Assembly: GCF_009914755.1 (NCBI RefSeq)
Contig: NC_060948.1
From: the human T2T-CHM13v2.0 reference genome, Homo sapiens
Reading direction: 5' to 3' (one strand)
DNA length: 64,000 nucleotides
In this document: one piece after another, positions 32,001 to 43,333 of the stretch
How the letters are laid out: each line of letters starts with the position of its first letter
Numbering within the stretch: the stretch's first letter is position 1
Notes under the pieces: model-generated
What the model saw: the letters and a program-made list of their open reading frames with translations, nothing else
What the model was told of the DNA's origin: nothing
Databases searched by the model: none
Translations under genes and position numbers: made by a program

Positions 32001-33009
32001 GTGAATATTGATGACAAAAACCACAGGGAACAGAGGTCCGCATCAGAGACGGACCTCAGCCATGGTGAGATCTGTGCCAACTCCTCAGAAGCTGGCCCAC
32101 CAAATCAAGATGGGTCTGGTTCAATCGTCCTTGATGGCAATGGAGACCCATCTAACCAATCCCACTTCACCTAATTACCTTTCTTTTTCCCCTTACAGAC
32201 CTAAAAATCTCACCGTTCATATTAACCTGAAAATAACATCCCTCTGTTCTTCTCTTCCTCCCTGAATCTCAGCACTGAATCTTACTTACAATAGGTTTTG
32301 TTTAATGATTCTCCTCCTTATACATTCTGTCTCACCAGTTTCCTCTCACACTGATTTACCTGCTACACAAAATTATTCTTAGTGGGCTTATGTGTCTTTT
32401 CCTCCACTTATTTGACCTCTCACCTGGATGGATGCTCCTGTGGAAATCTACACTAATGACAGTGCATGGATGCCTGGACCTACAGATGACTGTTGCCCCA
32501 CTCAACCAGGAGAAGAAGCCACTGCATTTAATGTTACTATGGGTTGTAGTTATAGATGCCCATCTCTGTGCCTCAGACAGGCAGCTGGTTGTATACATCT
32601 AGAAACTCTAGTCTGGGCTGCTTATCTTCTGGAGAGATCAGCTACAGAGGAACCGGGGCATTTGGTCTCTGGCCTCTCCCTTTCTCCTTTAAAACAAATG
32701 AAAGGGGGAGTAATGGGAGATGCCTCATACTTTCAATATAAACCTGCAGGAAAAGCATGCCCTAAAAATTTTGAGGGCCCATCTAAAACTTTAGTTTGGG
32801 ATGATTGTGTTAACTCACATGCAGTAATATGAAAAAAAGGCTCATATGGTTTAGTAATAGACTGGGCACCAAAGGGCTATTTAAAAAACAACTGCTCCTC
32901 TGGTGGAAGGGAATGCCTGGAGGCTACTTATTTTGTTTCTTATCAGGAGAATGAGAATCATCATTCTACTTTGAATAAGAGGTTCAGCTTTTTCTTTCCC
33001 TTAAAATGG
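32000..33009 (+). pseudogene. env: HML-8 env remnant (leader and N-terminal SU)
   Basis: WAYVSFPPL, WMDAPVEIYTNDSAWMPGPTDD, CPKNF, IDWAPKG, all betaretroviral SU motifs; TM absent. Confidence 0.85.
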
Positions 33010-33255
33010 GAAGCATGTGATCTCTGTGACCGACACCCTATTTGTACATTCCCTCCCCTTTGAAAATTGCTAATTAAATCTTGCTGGTTTTGCAGCTCAG
33101 GGGGCATCACAGAACCTGCTGACATGACCAACAAGACACTCAGCTTTAAAATTTATCTCTTTTGTACTCTTTCTCTTTATTTCTCAGACCCACTGACACT
33201 TAGGGAAAATAGAAAAGAACCTATGTTAAAATATTGGGGGTTGGTTCCCCTGATA
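33010..33255 (+). mobile_element. 3' LTR, MER11, 5'-truncated
   Basis: aligns to 28690-28942 of the 5' LTR; joined directly to env at gaag. Confidence 0.9.
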
Positions 33256-35136
33256 AATCACCAAGGTTCGTGTCTCAGGTATATGTCAAAATGTCATCAG
33301 TGAGCTATAACCAGGCAAGATTATTAAATCACTCAGGGGCTGGGCAAAGGAATATGTCACAATAACACTGGTGGAAAAGTTTAGGGATACGAGTCACCAT
33401 CCTGCACATGTCCTGGCTCCAGGTACAAAAGTCACTGATAGACCTTTCATCTAGTCTCAGGTATATTCCACAACATCACCTGTGGACAGGGAGAAGAAAG
33501 GAAAGTCACACCACCTGAGTGGGATCTGCTCCACTGAAATGTCACAATCCTCCTTGTGGGCAGGATTCTGGAAGAAGAGTCACATCACATAAATGCTGGT
33601 TTCAGTGAGATATCTGAACCCCTCTCCTCACCATGGGCAGGGCCTGCCGGGGCTTAGGCAGTATAGGAGACAAACTTCACCTAGGAAATTAGCCTGGATA
33701 TTTGTCATAATTTCCCCCGTGTGCAGGACCATGCAGGAGAGGGACCTGACTTGGTGCTGGGTTCAGCAATATTTCACAATCTTTCTGGTGGTCAGGGCCC
33801 AGGCAAAAGAGTAGAAACCTCACCTAGATACTGAGACAAGTGATATGTTCCAAAGTTTCCTATTGGCAAACCTCTCCCCAAAAAAGAGTCACAACACCTG
33901 AGTGCAGTACACAGTGATGTGTCACAATGCACTGTAAGTGCAGGGCCAAGGCAGTAGAAGAAAATCACATAACTTATGTGACAGGCCTAGATAAAAGCCA
34001 CAATGCTCTTCACAGGCAGAGTTCAGGCCAAGAGTTCATATCAACTTGGTGCTGGTCCCAGGGATATGAAAAAGTGCCCTTTGTCACATTGCCAAAGGTG
34101 CTTGGTGCATGTATTTTACAATTTCAACTGTGCTCTGGGACCAGAAAGGAGGGTCAAAACACTCAGATGCTGAACAAAGTCATACTTCTCAATCACAAAC
34201 TTGAAAATGTTCAGAAATAAGTTTCACAGTCCCACAAAATTCCTGGCTTCAGGTATGAGAGTCAGCACCCCCTATGAAGTACAGGCATTACAGTCTCAAC
34301 AAGGGGACAGATCCATGTATAAAAGCCCCAATCCCAGTTAATAATTGTGTTCCAGTAAGAGAGTCAAAGCACCACAGTTCTACTGAATAATGGTTCAAAC
34401 GTCATCAAATCACCTGTGGAGCAGATTCATGTATGAGAGTAACAATATCAACTACTCAGGTGTGAGAGATTTAGCACCTCATTTGTAGGCTCTGTTAATG
34501 TGTGAGAATGACAATTACGTCAGCTGGGTGTGGATCTGAGAATCACAATGACTGGCTATGAGAGTTGAAATATCTCTCCTGGCTAGGTCTAGGTATGAGG
34601 GTTATTATTGTGCATATGAGCTGAATCCAGGTATATGTCACCGTTTCAACTTTGGACAGAGACAAGAGAGAAGTGTTATGTAATCAGGGTGTCGAGCCAG
34701 GGATATATTATAATCTCCTTTGTAGGCAGGACAACGTCAGAAGAGTCATATCACCTGGGTACAATCTCAAATATGTCATCATGCTCAGTGTATACGGGGT
34801 TGAAAAAATAGTGAATAGTCACATTCCCTAAATGCTGTGTGCAGTAATATCTGATAACTCCCTCTCTTGGCAGAGTCCAGGAGAAAGAGGAGAGTCACAT
34901 CACCCAGGTTTTGCACTCAGTGGTATGTCACAATTTCTTCAGTGGGCAGGATCCAGGGAAGAGAGGAGAGTTACGTTACCTATATGCTATATTTAGCAAT
35001 ATGTCAGAGTGTCTTCTGTGGTCAGAAAACCAGGAGGAGAAACCCATCACCTAGCTGATTAGCCCAAAAATATGTGACAGTGTTTGACAGTGTCCCCTGT
35101 TGGTTGGGTCCAAGCTGAAAAGTTACATTGCTATAA

Positions 35137-35447
35137 TTTTTTTTGTTTTTGTTTTTAAGACAGAGTCTCCCCCGTCACACAGGCTGGAGTTCAGTGACAT
35201 GATCTAGGCTTACCAGGCTCACTGCAAGTTTTGCCTCCCATGTGGACGCCATTCTCCTACCTCAGCCTCCTGAGTAGCTGGGAACAGAGGTGCCTGCCAC
35301 CAGGCCCGGCTAACTTTTTTTGTATTTTTAGTAGAGACAGGATTTCCCCATGTTAGCCAGGATGGTCTTGATCTCCAGACCTCCTAATCTGCCCACCTCA
35401 GCCTCCCAAAGCGTTAGGATTATAGGCGTGAGCCACCACACCTGGCC
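35137..35447 (-). mobile_element. AluY-like
   Basis: actgcaag...acgccattctcc and gttagccaggatggtc diagnostics; imperfect TSD acattgctataatt / acattattacgact. Confidence 0.92.
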
Positions 35448-38400
35448 ACATTATTACGACTCTAACTCAGCCATATTTTACAATGCACCCATGGTAAAGA
35501 ATTTAAGTCAAAAACTTTCAACACCAGGGTACTAGGCCTAGTGATATGACACAATCTTCTCATCATTTGATATAACACCTTTAACAGTTAGCTTGGTGTG
35601 TATATAAGGGTCACAATCTCTCACGTGTTTTGGTTCATTGCATGACACACTCTGCAACATCTGGAGGCTTTATGCAATATGCATGAGAGTTGCAAATGTC
35701 TCTGAGGGCTACATACTCGTATTGACTCAGAATCTTATATATTGCCCTAAACCCCGTCTGGGTTCAGACAAGAGACCCATTATTATGCCTGTAATCTGGG
35801 TCCAGAAATGATTCACCATCTCACCTATAGCAAGATCCACATATGAAACTCACAACTCCATCTTTGTACTTTATTTACTTTTTAAAATCAGGACTTCCAC
35901 ACTGGGCTTTGTAATGTGGTGTGGTGACAACATTTGCTCTCACCTACACATGTAATCAAGAGTCACGATCTTACCCTTTTGCTGGGCCCTGTTATAAAAC
36001 TCTGTGTATCACCCAAGGAGCTTATAGAATATGAGTTGGTGTTGAAAACTTATGTGAGTTTTGTAAAAATATGCAACTCATAACCTTACTTATTGCTTGA
36101 AATGTAGTGATGAAAAGCAAAATATCACTATTAGTGGAATCTCAATTTGTTTGATCATCTTGCCTGTGAAATGAAGCAAGGTAAATTTCATAATCCCATT
36201 TGTAGGAAAAAAACTTGGCAGGAGGATAGCACAACGAAGATGCTGTGCCAAGCAATATGTCGCTGTGCCAAGCAATATGTCACAATGACATTTTTAGGCA
36301 TGGTCTAGAAATGAGGGTTACATTAACTGGATGCTAGACCCAGCAATATAACACAATCCCAAATGCGAAAAAACAAAAATGAAAAATAACGGAAACAAAA
36401 ACACCTAGAGAATAGCTCCAAGATAAATAAAAATACTTTCTGTTGCTCTGGCACAAGCAGGAAGGTTACATCATCAGGATGGGGGTCCCAGCAATATACC
36501 ATAATTCTTTCTTTATGCAGGACCCAGACAGAAGAGGAACATCATCTGGGAGCTGAGCCCCTGAATCCGTCCAAATTCCTTTTCACGTGCATAGTTTTGG
36601 ATAAAAAGTGGAATAAAATTTGGACAGGGCCCGGCAATCTGTCCAAATTCCTTTTCATGTGCATAGCTTGGGATAAAAAGTAGAATCATATTGCTAAGTA
36701 TTGGGCTCAGCAATATGTCACATCACCACACTTTAAAGGAGCAAGCAGAAGAAAAGGGTCATATCACTTGGGACCCAGGCTCAGATAATTGGCCAAATAT
36801 CAAAAGTAGGCAGGGGTCAGGTAGAAGAGTAGAGTCACGTCACCTAGGTGATTCCCTAGGTATATGACACGATCTAGTATATGAGGTGAAGCCAAGCAGA
36901 ATAGCCACATCACCTTGATGCTGGGTCCTGAAATATGTCACATGGCTCCCTTAAGACAGGACCCAGACAAGAGAGTTACAACAAATAGGTGCAGGTTCTA
37001 CCCTTATGTCACAATATTCTATGTGGTCAGCATGCAAGCCAGGAGTCACATCACCTAGATGATAGACCCAGAGATATGTCACAAAGTCCTCCTTGAAGTC
37101 TGGCCCTGTAGAAAGTGTACCATCACCTGCATGCCTAGCCTAGCAATATGTCACTATCCAGGAAAGTAGGAACCATGCTGGAGATCAACATCACCTAAAT
37201 GATAGGCCCAGAGATTTGTCACAATGTCCTCTTTAGGACAAGGCTCTAGCAAAAGACGACCATCACTTGTGTGCCTCATCCAGCCATATGTCACTATCTT
37301 CCACTGTGTGCATTCTAATGAGAAGAGTTATGTCACCCAAGTGGTTGACACAGTGATATGTCACAATGATTTATGTGGGTATGGCTCAGAAATAAATGTA
37401 ACATGACCTGGTTGTGGGATCTAGTGATAAGTCACAATTCTTACTGAGAGCAAAGCCCAGGCAGGAGAGTCACATCACCTAGAGGATGGCCCAGGTAGAT
37501 AACACAACAACATATGGGGGTGGGAGCCAGTATGCAGAGTCAGATCACACAGGTTCTCAGGAAAATTTACATCACAGTCACACTGGCAGAAATTTCTTGA
37601 GATGAGATTTACAATTCCATGCATGTCCTATTTTCATGAGTGACTGTTGGCTTCATATATGTGAGACAGTGATAGTCGTTACTGACTGCTGGGTGTGCAT
37701 GTAACACTACAATTTTACCTTTCTGCTGGGTTCTCTTATGACACTCTGTGTACAAGCCAAAGGCTTTATAAAATATCTGAGGTTGTTATAACCTGTGACT
37801 TTGTCCTTAGCGAGACATAATCACTCCTGTTTCTAAAAAAAAAAAAAAGCTATGAGCGTCAAAAGTACTCCTGTTTTGGGGGTCCACATATGAGAGTCAT
37901 TACCATGCCTGTGGACAGAGCACAGTTTTATGTCAAAGTTTACTTTGTGGTAATGAAACGATCACGACAGCCAAATAACCTGAATGTCAAGCCAGAAATA
38001 TTCCAATATTTTCTTTGTAGGTAGAATACTTTGTGAAATGTGACATAAATTGTGTGCCAGATCCAGCTCTGTGTCGCAATGTCGCTTGCGGGCCATGTTC
38101 AGGCAGAAGAGGAGAGTCACATCACCTAAATGTTTGGAGATATGACTCAGCTAGATTTTGCTTCCAGCGGCATGTCACAATTTCTTCTGTGGGCAGGATC
38201 CAGGCAGGAGAGGAGAGTCACATTACATAGATTCTATATCTAGCAATAAGTCACAATGTTTCCTGTGGGCAGGGCACTGTCAGGGGAGAAACATCACCTA
38301 GCTAATAGGCTCAGAAATATGTGATAATATCCCCTGTTGACAGGGCCCGGGCAAAAGAGTCACATTATTATGATTTTGACCCAGCAACATGTAACAATGA

Positions 38401-39641
38401 CCCCATGGAAAGGCATATGAGCCCCAAAGTCTCAAAACCTGGGTACTAGGCCCAATGATATGACACAATCTCCTCATCTTTGAGGGTGACAGCTAACTTT
38501 TAGCTGAGCATGTATATTAGTGTCACAGTCTCATGCGTGTGCTGGACCAATGTATGACTCTCTCCACAACATCTGAGGAACTTACAAAACCTTCATGAGG
38601 GATGCAAACCTCTCTGAGGTCTGCATGCTTGTATGGACTCACAATCTTATATATTGCCCTAAATCCAGGTTTTTTAGTTAACATCTCTCCTACAGGCAGG
38701 GTTAAGGAGGAAGACCTATTATGCCTGTGGGCTGGGTGCAGAAATGAGTCACCATCCAACCTTTGGCCAGACGCATATATAAAATAACAATTCCAACTTT
38801 GTACTATATTCGCTGGTTACACTGAGAATCTCAACAGTGGGATTTGTAAGTGTGGGATAATGACAACTTTTAATTTCTCCTTGTTGTGTAATTGAGAGTC
38901 CCAATCTGAACTTTTTGCTGGCTCCTGTTAATAAACTCTCTACCACGAATGTGTTTATACAATATAAGATAGTGGTGTAAGCTTCTGTGAGCATGGTACA
39001 AATATGCAACCTGGGGCTTCCCTATTGCCCTAAACCTAAGTATGAGAGGCAAAATATCCCCTATTAGGTCAATCCCAATGTAAGTTTGATCATCATGCCT
39101 TTGAACTGAAGCAAGGTATCTGTCATAATTCCATCTGTGGACAAAAAACTAGGCAGGAGGGTAACATCACTTAGGTACTGTGCAAACCAATATGCCACAA
39201 TGCCTTCTCTAGGCAGGGTATAGAAAATTGGGTCACATAAACTGGGTGCTGGACCTAGCAATATGACACCATCTCACATGTGGAAAAAATCCAGCCAGGT
39301 AATGAGACAAAACACCTAATAATAGGCCCAAGATATGTCAATATACCTTCAGTGGCTCCAGCACAGGCAGGAGTCACATCACGAGGGTGCTGGGCCCAGC
39401 AATATGCAATATGTCATAATTTCCTCTTTAGGCTGAACCCAGGCAGAAGAGTAACATCACCTGGTGATGCATCCTGCAATATGTCAAAATTCCCTTTTTG
39501 TAGTCATTTTCTGAAAAAGGAGGAGAGTTATGTATCTTGAGTGCTGGCCTCAGCAATGTGTCAAAATCCTCCTGTTGTGAAGGCCCAGGCAGAAAAAGAG
39601 AGTCACATCACTTAGGTCATGGGCTCAGAGATACGTCCCAA

Positions 39642-40120
39642 TGCGAGGTCCATCCGGGAAACCCTGACTCAGTGACAAATGAATAACATACACTGATGCA
39701 CATATTATGATTATCAGTCTGGCTGAGAGACCAGGCCACTTACATGCTTCAAGTAGAGTGCTGTCAGCTGTGGCCTCAAGTCTCTGGCTCTTCTGGAATT
39801 TATTCAGCACACACTAAATGACAAAAAATCTCAAGTAAACACCACTAGAAGGTAATTACCATTGCCGACCCCCTCAGTACAGAACACTCATTCACTCGCA
39901 AATGGTCAAAGGTTAGTTTCAGAACCACATGAGTAAATAAGCTATTTAAATAGTCTTCTCTACATTGCTTTGTTAAATACCCTTGCTATAGCTCAAAAAG
40001 AATAAGGCTGCCTTCAACCAAACACATTATGGAAACCTGCAGGCCTTCCAAGAGATTCTGTGTTTACATTTTATAACTTTATCTTAAAGTTTTTCCCACC
40101 AGGCTGACTGAACCCCTGCA
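39642..40120 (-). mobile_element. Solo LTR, LTR22 family (HERV-K HML-5)
   Basis: minus strand begins TGCAGGGGTTCAGTCAGCCTGGTGGGAAAAAC; TG...CA termini; 479 bp; TSD tcccaa at 39636-39641 and 40121-40126. Confidence 0.85.
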
Positions 40121-42437
40121 TCCCAATGTCCACAGCAGGCGTGGCTCAGGGAGATGAGGAGAGTCACATCCCCTAGGTGATTTCATAGGAATGTGTCACA
40201 ATGTAACCTGTGGGCAGAAAGCAGGCAAAAGAGCACATCACTTGGGTGCTGGGTCCTGAGATATTTAACAAGACTCTTAACACAGCACTCAGCAAACAGA
40301 GTTACATCACCTAGGTGCAGATTCTCTGCTTATGCCACAATGCACCGTGTAGGTAGGGCCAAAGCAGGGAGTCACTTCACAATGGTGATAGGCCCACATA
40401 TATGTCACAATGTTCTCTATGAAGCATAGTCCTGGCAAAAGAATATCATCACCTGTGTGCCTGGCCTGGAAATATATCACTCTCCAGGTTGGCAAGACCC
40501 AAGCAGCAGAGCCACATGAAATCTGTGATAAGCCCAGAGATATGTCACAATGCCCTCCTTTGGGCATGGCTCTGGCCTAAGTGTACCCTCACCTGTGTGC
40601 CTGGCCTAGCAATATATCACTATTCTTCCTTTGTGCAGGGCCCATTACAGAGAGAAGAGTTACATCCCCTAAGAGGTGGACACAATGGTATGTAACAGCA
40701 ATTTTGGTGGGCATGGGGCAGGCAAGAATGTAGCATCGCCTGGATGCTAGATCCAGTGATATGTCACAATCCTTACTGAGAAAAGGTCCCAGGCAGGAGA
40801 GTCACATCAACTCCAGGTTGGCCTAGGTAGATATCACAATCTCATATACAGGCTGAAACAATTCTGGTGAGTCAAATTACACAGGTGCTTGGCAAAGATT
40901 TACACCACAAGCTCACTGTCAGAAAATTCCAAAGATGAGATTTACAGTAGCACCCATGTCCTGTTTTCATGGGTGACAGTTGGCTTCATACATGTTAGAT
41001 GATGACAGTCATTACGATGAGCTAGGTGTGCATACAAGGCTCACAATTTCACCTGTGTGCTGTGCCCTGCTTAGATTCTGTGTGTGTAACCCAAAGACTT
41101 TGTAAATATGTGTGAGTGTTACAGTCTTTTGTGAACTTTGAACGAGAAGGTGATCCGGGACATCACACATGTCCCTAAACCTAGTTATAAGACTCAATGT
41201 ATCCTTTATTGGATAAGTCCACATAAGAGAGTCATTATCATGCCTGTGATCCATGCTTAGGTATATGTTACAATTCCCTCTGTGGTTATGAAGCAGGCAG
41301 AAGAGCCACATCACCTAAATGCTGGGCCAGAAATATTCCAATATCTTGATTGTGGGTAGGTTCCAGTCAGAAATGTCACATAACTTGTGTGCTAATTTCA
41401 GCTTTCTGCACACTGTTCCTCGTGGGAAGTGTCCAGGAAGGATAGGAGATTCGTGTCACGTAACAGCAGAGCCCAAAACTGCGTCACAATGTCTCACGTT
41501 GGCAGGGCCCACGAAAGAGAATCATGTCATTAGGATGCTGTGTTTAGAAATGCTAAAATTACTAAAGGAAGCAGGGTACAGGCCAAAGAGGAGAGCAATG
41601 TAACCTAGATGATGGGTCAAGAAATATGTGACCATTTCCCCTGAGGACATTGTTAAGACAGCACAATCTATTCGCCAAGGTTCTTGGCCCAAGTGTTTGT
41701 CAAAATGTCATTCGTGGACTATATCAAGGCAGAATTACTAAATCATTCAAGAGTTGGGCAAAAATATATGTCACATTACACTTGAGAAAAGGTTTACGAA
41801 TATGACCCACCATCCTGCACAAGTTCTGACTTCAGACATATGAGTTGCTATTAGGCTTTTCTTGTGGTCTCAGATATATGGCACAATATTATTTGTGGCA
41901 AGAGAGAAGGCAGGAAAGTCACATCACTTATGTGGGTATGGGTCTAGTGAGATGTCACAATCCATCTTGTGGGCAAGATCCTGGCAGAAGAGTCACATCA
42001 CTGGAATGATCATTTCAGTGACATATCAAAACTCCTTCTTTGGGCACAAATTTAGCCAGAGAGGAGACACAGTTCACCTAACAACTGGCCTTGCTATATG
42101 TCAAAATGTCTGTAACGTTCAGTACCAAAGCTGGAGAGTGACCTCACATTATTGCTGAAATCAGGAATATGCGCAATCTCCCTGTGGTCAGGGCACAGAC
42201 AAAAGCAAAGAAACATCATCTAGGTGCTTAGCCAAATGATATGTTACACTGCTTCCTGTTGGCAGAACCCAAAAGAGAGAATCACATCTCCCGGGTGCGG
42301 TACCAAGTTGTGTGTTACAATGCACTGTACGTGCAGGGCCAAGGCAGTAGAAAGGAGTCACATCACTTACGTGATGGACCTTGATATAAAACACAATACT
42401 CATTGTAGACAGGCTTTAGGCAGATAATTCACCTCAC

Positions 42438-42555
42438 CAGGGTGGTGGTCCCAGTGATATACAAAAGTGCCCTTTGTAGGCAGAGCCAACGAAGGTGTTA
42501 CATATTGCTTAGGTGCTTCTTCCATATATGGCACAATTTCATCTGTGGTGTGGGC
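42438..42555 (-). pseudogene. BPY2 stop-exon-like segment (unit A') with intact splice sites
   Basis: acceptor atttcttttctag|GCCCACACCACAGATGAAATTGTGCCATATATGGAA, donor CTG|GTGAGG; resembles BPY2 GCCCAGATCACAGAAGTAATTGTGCCATATGTGGAA (from memory). Confidence 0.5.
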
Positions 42556-43228
42556 CTAGAAAAGAAATTCAAATTATTCATGTGCTGGGGAAATTTACCT
42601 GTCCCAATCACACTCTCAGAAATGCTTAGAAATAAGTTTCATGTCCTACACAAGTCCTGGTTTTCTGTATGAAAGTTGAGTCAACACAGAGGAGTCATAA
42701 TTTCAACAATGAGACGGATCCATGTATAACAGCCTGAATCCCACTTGAAGATTGTGTTTCAGTCGGGGACTCACAACACTGCAATGTGCTGAATCATGGT
42801 TCAAATATTACCAAACCACTTGTGATTAACATGCAGGTATAAGAGTAATTATTTCAACCTTCGACTGCTTTTTAGGCGTGCATAAAAGAGTCACATTCTT
42901 ACCTCGTTGCTGATCTCTTTTATGACACTCTTTGTACCATTAAGTGTTTATATGATATAACTGAGTCTTGTAATTATTTGTGAACTTTATACAAGTAAAA
43001 ATCACAGGAATTTACACATGGACCTGAGACTGCTATGAGAGTCATAATATTTCTACTGGCTGGGTCCAGGTATGAAAGTTATTGTGCGTGTGTGCTTAAC
43101 CCAGAGTGTTAACATATTTCTACTGAGTTGGTCCAGTTATGAGAGTTATTATTGTGTATGTGTGCTTAACCCACACATATGTCATAGTTTCACCTGTGAG
43201 CAGGGACAAGGCAGAAGAGTCACATCAT

Positions 43229-43333
43229 CTGGGTGCTGAGCCAGTGATACATTATAATCTCATTTGTAGGCTGGGCCTATTTGGAAAATCACACAACCTG
43301 GATACACCCTGAAATAGTATGTCACCAAGCCTG
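43229..43333 (-). pseudogene. BPY2-exon-like segment (unit A')
   Basis: GLVTYYFRVYPGCVIF-(frameshift)-NRPSLQMRL*CITGSAPR vs BPY2 GLLTYYVKLYPGEVTLLTRPSIQMRLCCITGSVSR (from memory); acceptor present, donor reads AT. Confidence 0.55.

Larger units (their letters stand above)
27934..33255 (+). mobile_element. HERV-K11 (HML-8) provirus with MER11 LTRs, multiply deleted (5.3 kb)
   Basis: LTR-PBS-gag-pol-env-LTR order; 6-bp TSD aatcac at 27928-27933 and 33256-33261. Confidence 0.92.

Noticed and set aside
21895-43333. Calling the window the functional BPY2 gene or TTTY12 itself
   Set aside because: Segments have stops, frameshifts and many substitutions relative to the recalled sequences, so they are paralogous only. 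Identity with an annotated BPY2 pseudogene cannot be determined here.
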